From Lingula anatina (lineage: Eukaryota; Animalia; Brachiopoda), in contig CM120642.1 of the NCBI GenBank assembly GCA_051362555.1, forward strand, positions 5,580,001 through 5,644,000: a stretch of DNA of 64,000 bases. The letters are read 5' to 3'. The notes under the pieces are model-generated. The model ran no database searches, was not told where the DNA came from, and saw nothing but the letters and a program-made list of their open reading frames with translations. Of this stretch, positions 22,460-34,370 are shown in pieces. Within the stretch, counting starts at the first letter, position 1; the number at the start of each line of letters is the position of its first letter. The translations under genes and the position numbers were made by a program.

Positions 22460-24431
22460 GACCGTAAGTGAGCAGGCTTTACTAGTAGAACTCGTGGAAG
22501 CAGACCACAGCACAATCAGGAACAAACACACATCAAGCTTGGACAACAAGTCCAAGCTTGATGTGTGGATCAAGATTAGCAGAAAAATCACTGCTGTTGG
22601 TACAGCAAGCAGAACGCACGAGGAATGTAAGGAAAAGTGGCGGCAGCTGGTTACTGCGGCCAAGAAGGCCCACTGTGGGCTACGCAGCCACAGTGGCAAG
22701 ACTGGGGGTGGAGCTCCTGCTCCACCCCTGGATGCCACAACGGAAAAGATAATTGAACTACACAAGGATGACCCAGCCTTTAATGGCGTATCCGACGGCT
22801 TTGAGACAACAGGTAGGCCTATTTAATGCTTAATTTTTTTTTTACAATTATTGATTTAATAAATAGATTAGTGAAATTATAAATGCTATGCTGACGATAA
22901 TACACTTTGTCGTCTGCTTCGGAGACGTGCATTTCAAATGACCTTGACCTTACGCTCGTCGAAACATTTTCTATTGGTGGAACTCAAGAAAAAGCAACTA
23001 ATGTGATTGTTACCTTTTATAAAGATAAAAACCTGCGTTGAACATTTAGACATGTATTTCCATCCAGTGCATTGTTCTTGGCCTCTTTTACTCTAAGATA
23101 AAACCTCCGATGCACTACTGTCGTAATGTCCCATTCCCATGCCGTCGAAAATGTTTCAGAAAAACTACAAAAAACAATATTTCCTCGACTGTGAAGAGAT
23201 CTAACAGTAATGGGCATCGTTGTCCTCGAACTAAACATGTTGATAAGTGATTATAATCCCAATATCCTATCCAATCCTGGCAAATGAGTTAAAAAATACA
23301 GCGTAAGCTCCTCCATGAATCAAACGGTGAAACCGAACTGCGTTTGAGCGCACTTGTTTTGACCGGTTCAAAAGTGAGTGACAGCTCAGAACTGGGTCAC
23401 GAGATCATTGCGTGCCAGGCAAGAGTACTTGAGCAAAATTACAATGGACTTGTGTCTCTTTTGTTTATATAAAGAAACTTAGATACCCACTCTCCCACAT
23501 ACACTAAAATAAGGGAAATTTGCTAATGCCATTTCCATGTCATTTTTACTCTCACAAATGATATCATACTGTATCAATTCTCTAAAATCAAAACAAATAT
23601 TTTATTTCAATAAAATAATTAAAATAATTGAAAATGCAAATTGTTTTAATTGATGTGAATTTTCTTTGTTCTTTGAAATGGCAGAAATCCCCAATTTGCA
23701 AGGAAGTACAGATGATATAGTCACAGTGGATTTTGAATCACTGTTAGATGATTTAGATTACCAAAGTATGTTTATAAATCTATGTACTTTTTTTAAAAAA
23801 TGAATAAATAAAAAAAAATAAAATAATAATAATAATAATAATAATATCATAAAAATATTCAAAAGGAAACTAGTTTTTACCAGATTATGGATAGTTATTA
23901 AAAAAAAGTAAAAAAAGTAAAATATACTAGTAGTGTTATACAGTGTATGTATTTTTATTACAGGTAAATATTATATAATTTTACAACTATTTACAGATCC
24001 TCCACCATTCCCATCCCCGCCTCCCGTCCCCGCTATACAAGCACAAGTCAAGATGTACCCCAAATTCCAAAGAAAAGAAAGAAGCATACATGTAGCATGT
24101 CAAGAACAGGTAAGACATATTGAAAAGCCAATACAGACTTCAGTTATACACAATATGTTATACTGTCTGTGCTTGTACCGAAAGCATCTGTCTTCATTTG
24201 TTATGTTAAGTAAAAATAACATTTTTTTAAATAAGAGGCTTGAACTTTTGCATAGGTAACATTACAGCATATGATATATCTCTTTTCTTCATTGTAGAAA
24301 AAACAGAATCAGAGTTGGAGACTCTACAGAAGCAAGTTTTGAAGCAGGAGGCAATTAATGCCAAGCTAACTGAGAAGAAACTGCTTTTAGAGATTCAATT
24401 ATTAGAAAAGCAACTTTTAGCAACTGAATAG
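22460..24431 (+). pseudogene. Harbinger Myb/SANT-like DNA-binding gene (exons ~22460-22812, 23685-23765, 23997-24109, 24298-24431)
   Basis: EQALLVELVE..K..VW.KI...ITAVG..RT.EEC.EKW..L and KTGGG motifs; GT-AG bounded exons; C-terminal coiled coil; N-terminus cut off; a frameshift in exon 3 is needed to reach PKKRKK. Confidence 0.8.
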
Positions 24432-25066
24432 AGCTAGTTAATTTATTGCTAACAAAAGTTGCTTCTCTAACAGTGGGATCTCTAAAAGCAAATTTCTTTC
24501 AGATTATTTTATTATGCATTATTAGTTCCTCCTGTCCAACGTTGGGCATTGGGTGGCAAACTTTTTCAAACTTGTCCGGTCGGCAGAGGCCTTCTCTATC
24601 TCCTCCCACCTGATGTTGCCTCTTTGCAGATCATTCTGGAAGGTTCTCCTCCAGGTTATCCAATAGTTGTATAAAATGTTTAAATTGTTAAATGTTTATG
24701 TATATCAATACTCTTTGTCAACAGCAAAGCAGGCATATTATTGTTTTTTGCAGATTTACATGACTTATAGTTGTATAAATGTTTCTAAAATGTTAAATGT
24801 TAATATATCTTTACTCATTGTCAATTACAGTATTAAAATATTATTAGTTTATTAATCAACATCATATGTACAATATGACAATATACATGTACTAGTAGTA
24901 AATGTTACAGTAGTATGTATATACATGTAAATAGATCAATTTATTACTTAAAATAATATTACAGTTCTTTGTACTTGAAACTTAAATTTAAAATTAAACA
25001 GTATATATTACATCAAAATATATTAAAGTTTTTTCTTCTTGGCTATATTCATAGTTCTTATTATTA

Positions 25067-28000
25067 TTAAGAGAAAAATGCCCTTGCCACATGGTCCCTT
25101 ACGGCCCTACCATCTTCAGGGCCATTGTACTGAATTCCCATATTTGGGCCTGGACCAGGGTCATTTCCATCTGGCAGTGGCTCATTCCTAATAATAGCTA
25201 TGTTGTGCAAGACTGCACACGCACCAATGATATTGCACACCCTCCCTGGTGACATTCGTAATTCAGCATGAAGGCAGTGAAATCTGGAAATAAATAGAAT
25301 ACCCAATAGAAGCAAATAATTTATGTAGACAGCAAAATTTGGAAAATATAGTAACTGAATAAATTAATGGAATATTTAAGTATTAAATGCATTGGCTGGT
25401 ACATTTTTAAATGAAGCAAAGAAGCAGTGACCCCCCCTCCCCCCCCCCCAGCATGAGCCCCCTGTACATATATATTCACAAACATAATTTTATAGCAATT
25501 TTTGGTGGATATTGCAAGCTAGTTACCTTCTTTTCCATATTCCAAATACTCTCTCAATCAATGTCCGTGTTACTTTATGGGATCTGTTAAACCTCTCTTG
25601 GGCCCTGGTGGTGGGATTCAGGTATGGTGTTAGCAGGTATGGTTTGCAGGCATATCCGCTGTCACCAAGAAGTGTACCCAACTCTGATGTATTATGCCTT
25701 GCTAGCTCTCTTCCGAGAGAGGAGGTGTTAAATACATGCGAGTCGTGGACACTCCCTAGCCACTTTGCCACAATATTTGTGAATTTCCCTGCAATTTAAT
25801 AAATATTTATATTTAAACATTTTATATTATAATTATTTCATGTTTTATAAAGAAACCAAAACTTAACCACGCCCTGTTTCAATTTAATAATCAGGGGGTA
25901 GCTACATATAACGAATGGGCATGAAGAACAAAATCATTATCGCACACATCGATTAGTCATGCCTTATTTACATTCTGAAGGAATGCAGTCGGTGCTACTC
26001 GGTGCAAGGTTGTCCGGAACCGCGCAAATTTAGATATAACCCAAATTTAGAATTGAGCTCGAAATGCGGACACCGTTGGATACTTTAGTTAGGATAACGC
26101 GTTAGTGTAACCTTCCAGATTCGCTGTCTAAATCGTTACGTCTAAATCGCTACAGAGGAATCCACACTGACAAAAATGACCAGTTTCAATCGTTTAATGT
26201 GAACTCGTTGCCGGCTTAGGTACATTCTGATTCTCTATTCAATATTACACACTTTTAGTACGTACTCCAGCCAATGGCTTCATGCACTTCTTATCACTGG
26301 CTTCTTAATGTGACAGGTAAACAAGCCTTACTCAGCCTCTTCAAAATTGACACAATGTATTATGGAGAATAATATTAGTTATGACTTGAAATTATTGACA
26401 TCGTCCATGAATTATTAAATGTCTCCGACGTATTCCTCCCTTTCCCAAACAAAGAAAAATAGAATATTTATGACATTTTTCTTTCTTAATATGTAGCCTA
26501 CTGCATTAAAAGGGTTATATTATGTACCTTAAGTTTTAATAATAATGTAAGCAGTGAATATGTCAGGAACCATAGTGTATAGAAAAAAAGTGTAATTAGT
26601 ACTTTTAAAACTTTCATACATGATGTTGTATTAACTCAATCAGAGGAAGCCATTGTTTGATAAAATTCAGACATGGGAAGCCAAGTTGTACAAGTTGTTC
26701 AGATAATGCTTCACACCTTGCAGTTCAAATTTTAATGTCCTTTGTTCCGAAGCCAGTAATCTGTTAGAACTAGATTACAGGGTGTTATTAGGAGTGACCA
26801 CCAGGAAAGGGTGGACTTGTGTTTGAAGTAACCGATCAGTTTTTAAGTTAGGTGATGGACAGTTTAACTGATAAAGTTTAGTATAAAGAAACCTGTAAAC
26901 TTAAATCTAGGGGAGGATATTGGAGAGAGAGGAGGAGAGAGGTCATACTTGCCTCATGTAACTTTTAGTGTGGCAAAATATATTCTGTTGAAGTTACAAC
27001 ATGGAGTCGTTTCATTCTTTTCCGTGTGCAGAATTTAAGACAAGGAACCTGGGAATCCCTGTAGCAATATTACAGATAGCGTTATCCAAAGTTGTGAGCC
27101 CATTATGCACAAACCCCTAGGGTTTTATTATTAAAAAGGTATTTAATGTAATGTGGGGGCCCCCGGGATGGTCGTAAGGGGGTTCCCCACAAGGTGAAAG
27201 GTCATATCACAAAGATGGCCGCTCACTCGGTTACGTACCTATACTCCCCCGCACCGATACTCCCCCGCTTCTTTACATCCCTGCACCGATACTCCCCCGC
27301 ACCGACACTCCCTCGCACCGATACTTCCCCGCTTCTTTACATCCCCGCACCGATACTCCCCCGCACTGATACTCCCTCGTACCGATACTCCGCAAAAACA
27401 CTCCTTGGCTTTGTAAACCCCATTCGTAATTTACAACACTTTCTATAATGCTTTTTTTTTCAAGATGCACCAATCTCTTGGGACCCAGAATTGACTAATT
27501 TTATTCGAAATATATTGGGAAAAATAAAGAACGTTACACGAAGTCGATCTCAGACTTAGTGTGCAGCTTGACAGTACGTAGGTCTACAGCTCTTTCTTGT
27601 GATTTTTGAGAAATGTTTTTGCAAAATTAATTTCGTTCTCCTACTGTACTCAGTAGTTACTGTATATATATTGTACGGCCTTTTATTTATTTATTTATTT
27701 ATTTATTTTATTAACTTAAGGCAAAGTTAGTTTTAATCTAAGATAACGCAGCTATGTCTTTTTTTTTCAGGCAACGATGAATTCGTAAAATTATTAAGTA
27801 ATAAAAAAGAAGTGCTAAAGCTTCGTTTTCTGTCTTTTTCCTCCAACCTTCTTTTCTACTCTTTAAGCTTCTTTCCCTTGTCTTTTGAATCTGAATTAGA
27901 TTAGAATCTGAATTGAGCAAAATTCAAAATTTTTGAAAATTGTTGCACAACGAAATTGTCGAGACACGAGCATGCGTCGTGAGCACGCCTTTTATACTCG

Positions 28001-29301
28001 CAGTCCCGTCGTTTGTTCGTTATAGATGTGAGGGCGTGCGCCGTACTCAACACGAAAAGGGCTCTTTCTCCTTCATTTCTTGCGGCGTGCATCTTGGACC
28101 AGGCAAGTCTCACTTGCAAACCAATCGCAAACTCCTTAGAAAGGGAGCAAATTACGCTTGCAGCCTCGCTGTTCGCAGATTATTCGTAGAATCTATTGGA
28201 AATGTTCAATATCCTCCGTACGTGCTTACATACGTGCGAACTCGAAATTTCGCATAAAGGACTTGCGTGGTACAGTACATGAGATTCTCCGCAAAATTTG
28301 GACTTAAACGGGTCGTAGATTCTGATCCACTTACCTAGACTGACCCTAACCTGTATAATTAAATGGAGGGTTGACTCTGTTACTCGATCCTCAGTTTCGT
28401 CAAAATTGCATAGGGGGAGTAACGGTGCGGGGAAACAACAACGCGGGGGAGTATCGGTGCGGGGGAGTAACGGTGCGCGTATAACGGCAATTTTACAGGG
28501 GGTTTATCGATGCAGAGATCTATTGGTGTGGGGTCGTATCGATGTGCCAAAATTTACTAAGGGGGAGTATCGGTGCGGGGGAGTATCGGTGCGGGGGAGT
28601 AACGGTGCGGGGAAGTATCGGCATGACCCCGCTCACTCGCCGGAATGACAGTGTCTCATCTACAGTTATTTTTCACTTTTTTTGCCGGTAAGGACCATTA
28701 GTTTGAATTAAAATTTCTAAACAAAATACACACCTTTGTGGTCACATACGGCCTGTACGTTAATGTTGTGAAAGTTTTTTCTGTTCACGAACGCTGGTTC
28801 GTTTTCACTAGGCGCTTGAATCCTCACATGAGTGCAGTCAATGCAACAAATACATCCCGGAAAACCAGCTATCCTTAAAAAAAAACCGTCACTCATACCT
28901 GCGCTAGCCTGGGGTGTAACAGGAAATTTGATGAAGTCAGCTTGATGTTCACACAGAGCCAAGGCCACCTTTCTGACCACTCGACTTACAGTCGATTTGC
29001 TGGGCCCAACGGTGTCCCCCACAACTTGCAAAAAAGAACCGGAGGCGAAAAATCGCAGTGCTATTAGAAGTTGCTCTCTAACACTCAAAGAATGATTCCT
29101 TTCTGTCTCTGGAGCTATTTGGTTGTGAAGTAAGTTTTCTAAGTACAGTATCGAATTTCTACTGAATCTAAATCTTTCAATGAGTTCTTGCTCAGTTGCT
29201 CCAGCAAAATCAAATAAATCTCTACTGAAATTTCTGTCTCTTCTCAGTCTAAAAGGTATATATCTGCGAGGATTTCTGGCAAACCGCAGCAGGTTTGCCA
29301 T
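25067..29301 (-). CDS. Harbinger (HARBI1-like) DDE transposase, exons 29301-28734, 25788-25527, 25283-25067 (348 aa)
   Basis: ALRFFASGSF, IDCTHV, NRKNFH..NVQAVCD, GSVHDS, LGDSGY, IERVFG.WK.RF, CAVLHN; splice phases give a continuous frame. Confidence 0.9.
27229..28628. mobile_element. Mutator/Foldback-like non-autonomous element in transposase intron 1
   Basis: 9-10 bp TSD CCGCTCACTC (27219-27228, 28629-28638); GG..CC ends; inverted arrays of CCGATACTCCCCCGCA at both ends. Confidence 0.85.
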
Positions 29302-29507
29302 TTTTATCCGGCGGTTAAGGAATTTAAACTACCTCCCTTGATCGTATAAATTTAACCAACCGTTTAGGAGATTTAACCGTTGGTTAGTGCTAAACGACGT
29401 TTATGAAACCCGGTTAAACGTCGTTTAAGTTAAACACTGGATTTAACCGGTGGTTAGTGCTAAACGTCCTTTATAAAACTGGGCCCTGACGATTATACAA
29501 TGATCTG

Positions 29508-30460
29508 GGCCCGGTTTCATCAAGGCTGGATAGCGCTATCCTATGGCTAAAAATGGCCGCTATCCTCTGGATAGAGCTGTCCAGAGGATAGTGCGTTTCA
29601 TCAACAGTGGATAGCGTTATCCAGGGGATAAATCAGCTTATCCAGAGGATAAAGTTGTCCGCTCAAAATAGGTGGGATAAATCTGCTATCATGCTGTTAA
29701 ATCATCAAAAATGGCGAACCTGTTTGCTTTGGAAGTAAATCCTATGAGATTTCACAGGCGAAGAATGATTAGAAAGAGAATTTTAGAAGATGTATGTTTG
29801 CTTTTGATGATTTAAGTGATGCTGAATCAATAGATTACATAACAGACTTTATCAAAGTTGACATCGCGCCTGCTACGAACAAAACCCATGCAATCTCCCT
29901 GGGAGACCAATTAACTTTATTTTACTAAAACATACCTTTTAAATCGACGAAATATGTCTACACTGCTATCGACAGAATCTGCCAAATGTGCCAAGTCAGC
30001 CATTTTGTTAGAAAGTATGTCACGACCTTGCCCTTCAACTGCAAATCTGTGTAAACATTGCATGAGGCACAACTAATGCAATGTGATGTGTTATTGACAC
30101 TGACACTAAAATATCCTGTAGATATTTTCCCAATTATTTTCATGAATGTACCATCTTGAAATATACTTAGAATATTGTTTATTATGGGTTATTTATTTTC
30201 CAAATATGGTATAGACCACTTTTTGTTTGCAACTATCATGGCTTTTATAATGTTTATAGCAACCAACTGCATTGTGGGAATGTCTTTTTCCAAATATGGT
30301 ATTGGATACATTTTTATCCATTGTATTACTATCATGCTCTTTATCCAGCCTTTATGAAACACAAATTTACACAGAGGATAACTATCCAGAGAATAAGAGA
30401 TTTATACCATGGATAGTGTTATCCACAGGATAGCCTATCCAGCCTTGATGAAACCGGGCC
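29508..30460 (+). mobile_element. Harbinger internal-deletion derivative (MITE)
   Basis: TIR GGCCCGGTTTCATCAAGGCTGGATAG, CTG TSD on both sides; remnant transposase start MANLFALEVNPMRF at 29711. Confidence 0.92.
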
Positions 30461-33400
30461 CTGTTGATTTTTCTACAAAAACACTCTACCGAACGATAAA
30501 GTATATGCTTAAATTTTATTTTGTACACCAAAGTAATGTTCATGTATAGATTTCATTGAGTATTCGCCCAAGTTAGTAGCGTGTATCAAAATGGCGTCAC
30601 GTAAAACGGAAATGTAAACATGCTCTTTTGAATTGTGCCAAATACAGCTTAAGAATTTTTTTCTTTGTCTGCTCATGTATTTTGATAGTTTGAGATTCGT
30701 TTTTGAACATATAGAAAAATTAAGATGTGCGGAGACCTGTAACTTGCAGATTTTCGACATTTCCAACAAGGTGTATATTTACTGTCATGATCAATGTGTC
30801 GAGTGACAAATGCAAAGACTTATCTCGAATCTTGTATGAATGTTGCAGTTCTACATTGAATATTTGCTTTTGATGCCATTTATGTGTTTTGGTGTTGATA
30901 AGGTTACACGAATTGTGAATTGACATGTAGTTTGCTTGGTCCTGCTTACAGTATATATATATACATGTAAGTACATGGGGATTTTTCGGTAAAAGGTCCA
31001 CTTTTTCAGAAAAAGACACTCCCCCTTTAAAATTGCTGGCTACGGGCTTGATAAATAAATAAATAAAAAATATTATTTAAAGAATAAAGTAAATAATTAG
31101 GTTACATTAAGAATCAAATAAAAAATAGATAAAAATTAGATGATTTAAATCATTAAATTAAATTAATAAATAATAAATAAATTATGATTTAATAATTGAA
31201 TGAATAAATCGCTGTGAAGAAATAATCATTGTCGCAGCTAACGCGGTGAGTGTCAACCCATTATCAGGGCCATAACTTATAACTCCTTGATTCAACGTAC
31301 TTTCATAAACATGTAGTGTGACCACACTGTCAGCCACCCCCCTTGTTGCACCTTGCAAGCGATTTGTCTCATAACTATGACAAGGCGTTCTTTTTTCTTG
31401 TTGTTGTTTAAAAACGGACCACTTTGTCAAGGCTAATTGCTTAGCTCCCTGCGCGTCATATGTACTTAGCTCTTTGCGCGTCATATGTAAACGCTAAGAT
31501 GTGAATGTTAGACCGGGTAGTTGATTGTTTTGCCCGCGCGCCGCACTTATGCTTTCTTACTAGAGCGATCTAGAACAAGTCGCTAGTTTGCCCTGTTTGT
31601 AACTGTAGCAAATATGTTCGACATGCCGTTTCTGCACGACAGCCGGAGACACAGTAATTGTATAAGGCATGGTTTAAGCTTGTTCGAGAGATAATAACAG
31701 TCGCGTTTAACAAAAGATAGTAAGACCCCCTCCTCTTTAACTGATGTCTTACACTGTTAATATTGACCGCACTTTCATATATTATGTAATACACTGTCAG
31801 ACTTTCCCCTGTTGCACGTTGGCGTTGGATTGTACTTGTGCCTCTGTCAATGCACCTCATTTAGTTTAAATATTTTTACCGCATAAACCTTTGTGGTTAA
31901 GAGTTATTAGTTTAGTAGTAGAAATAGGATGCTTAGACAAAAAGCTTCTAGTCAACTCGCTAAGACCTAGGGTGTGATGCTGCTATCATCCGAGGAAACA
32001 CCTACACTGAATCCTCTTCCTGAAGTCCCCCTAGCTGAAACAAAAAATGCCCCTTGAACCGGTCCATTTTTAAAGCGTCGAATCATTTTTGATATCACTG
32101 AGCGTTAAAGCGTAGGTTTATTCATCATGATCTATTTTGTAAACAATACTTGTCTAGATTTTACTTGGATTGATCATAGTCACTGTTTGGCTACTCGCCT
32201 ATAATGCGTGCTGAATGACAGACAACTTATACATATTATCTGTGTTACTGTGTTTATGACCACGTTAAGTTAAAATAGAACGGTATCGGTGATTTAATCC
32301 ATCCAACATATTTATATTTCTTCTTTTAAATCCAGTGTTAGGTTAACATCAAGTCAAAGCAAGCCTTGCAGATTGATTTTGTTTAAATTTTCGTAAATTA
32401 AGTAAAGCTAAGTAAAGCCTGTTTCTAGTTCATCCACACTATAAAACTGCATGAAGGATAACAAGTCTCTGAAGCCAATTAACTTTCACAATGCCCTGTG
32501 CTTTAGAGTCCCATGTTCTTCAATAAAATGAGTATGGCCTGAGAGAAATATAAATATGAAGCCGTGTATGAAGATGTTTCAAATAATAAAAATCAGGAAT
32601 TTATACATGTTAGGTACATGCACATCACTTGATAAGTCATTTCACAAAAATGGCATCTAATTTTTCAGATAAACCCCCACTTTTATCGATCTCAACGCCT
32701 TGTCTGATGTTTATATGTAGGCGTATACTCCAATATTAATTGCGAACAATATCAATAGCGACTCGAGATCGTTGCCTGTTTTTCACACTTTTACACAAAC
32801 TCATGAAGGGTTAATAAAAGGATTCGCGTTGCGACATCTATCTCTTTCATTTGAACAGGCAAATTAAGGGCTGACCCGAAGTAAGCTTTCATAACTAATT
32901 TCTCTTTGACTGTACAGGGGTATATTGTAATTACTCCACTTGGTCGCCTCCATTGTCTTGTAACATTGACAAAGAATGTATTTTCACACGCTAGTTTACA
33001 TAACTCCTTTGCCTTGTGTCTTTATCAAGGTTATAATCAGTTTGAATAGGTTGTCTTGCCTCACTTAAAAAGGGAGTTGTTCTTCACACTGGTTGTTGCC
33101 TACATTTGTGTAACTTATGCTAACCTACTTTGTACAAATATGGTTTTAATAAATCGCCAAAACTATGACACTAGTGAACATTGTGTATCAAACATTTTGA
33201 TACGATTAAATAAATGCGCAAGAAGGATTACGGAATGAGTTACTATTTACCTCCCCCCCCCCCCCCCCACGCGCCCTTAAAAAAATGCTCTTTTGATTTC
33301 GAAATGAATTTGTTTTTAACGCAAAGAAGTCCAATACCCCTTTCACGACTCAGTCATTGTACAGCATGTTATATTACTCTTTACCCTTTTTATTTGACAC

Positions 33401-33863
33401 TGTCTCTGTTTCTCTCCCCTTTTACTTTCTCTTGTTAGAAAGAGGGCAAATAATTAAGCATTCAAAATATGCATCACCAATCTTCAGAAAAGAATGAGTG
33501 AATGAACCATTGGGCTGGCACACAACGTCCGACACAGCAGAATAAATTAAATAACAGCTTTCACAGATTTAACTGCAGTTAGCTGTACAGCGTCACTATA
33601 TACATAATCCGCTGCACGCGCGAAGCTGTTGAACAAAAGGGTAGTTCTCTAGGGAAGACCTTTTGTTTACATAAGTACTCTAAGGGGGCGTGCCTAACCA
33701 GGCGACAAGAGGATTATGCTAGTCACTATATTCCGTCAAATTTGTTTAGCGACCCTATCATTATCACACTCCCTCTATTGTATTTTCTTACGTTATAATT
33801 GTATCTAATCTTCTTCGTTAGATGGAAAAAATGCACACATATATAATCTTATGACTGTATATA

Positions 33864-34030
33864 CAGGGCTTGACATTAAGGGTGACCCACTGGCCCTGGG
33901 CCACTGAAAACCAACCTAGGGCCATTGAATCACTGGGGTCACTGGCCCAAAGAGCAAGTAAAATGTCATGTGTCAAATCATCCATTGTCTAACACAGCAC
34001 AAAAAGTCAATTTTCAGCTCTTTTACTCTT
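33864..34030 (+). mobile_element. hAT-like terminal fragment
   Basis: CAGGGCTTGACATTAA start with repeated CACTGGCCC/GGGCCA subterminal motifs; partner end not found. Confidence 0.45.
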
Positions 34031-34149
34031 CAGGAAATGGGTCTGAATATTCTCTTTACAAGCCTTTTCAACGGTGTAAAGCTCTACCGGAAAGTTCAGG
34101 GTCTACGGGTTTACTACCCTTTTATGCCTAAGCTTAAAATTGTAGTTGC

Positions 34150-34370
34150 ACTATTACTACGTCTTTCCGATCAAGTATAGGCGTCTAAAAACAACCTCTT
34201 TACAACTCCTTTCCGATCAAATATAGGCGATTTTTGACACGTCTTTATAACCCTTTTCCGATGAAGTAAATGCGATATGAGGTACGTCATTATAACCCTT
34301 TTCCGATCAAATAAAGGCGATTTTAGGTAAGTCTTACTACCTTTATCTTATCAAATATGGACGATCATAG
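34150..34370 (+). repeat. Degenerate ~45-bp tandem repeat, about 5 units
   Basis: Recurring TTTCCGATCAAATATAGGCG core. Confidence 0.75.

Larger units (their letters stand above)
10050..29485. mobile_element. Harbinger DNA transposon (C), inflated by nested insertions
   Basis: TIRs GGCCCAGTTTTATAAAGGACATTTAGCACTAACC / GGTTAGTGCTAAACGTCCTTTATAAAACTGGGCC; CWG flanks (CAG left, CTG right); convergent Myb/SANT and transposase genes. Confidence 0.88.
1258..30955 (+). mobile_element. Old, split copy of the CAGCCCGGGAGCCACCGG-terminated family (pieces 1258-1378, 29489-29507, 30464-~30955)
   Basis: The three pieces join into a sequence colinear with 41389-~42190 and with the reverse complement of ~60800-61598 (CATAGAGGTAGGTAAG..GACG.TTATAC..TGATCTG|TTGATTTTT..TTTTGAATTGTGCCAAAT). 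Confidence 0.8.

Noticed and set aside
27194-28648. Pro/Arg/Gly-rich ORFs at 27194, 27273 and 28406
   Set aside because: They are translations of the 16-bp subterminal repeats of the Mutator-like element.
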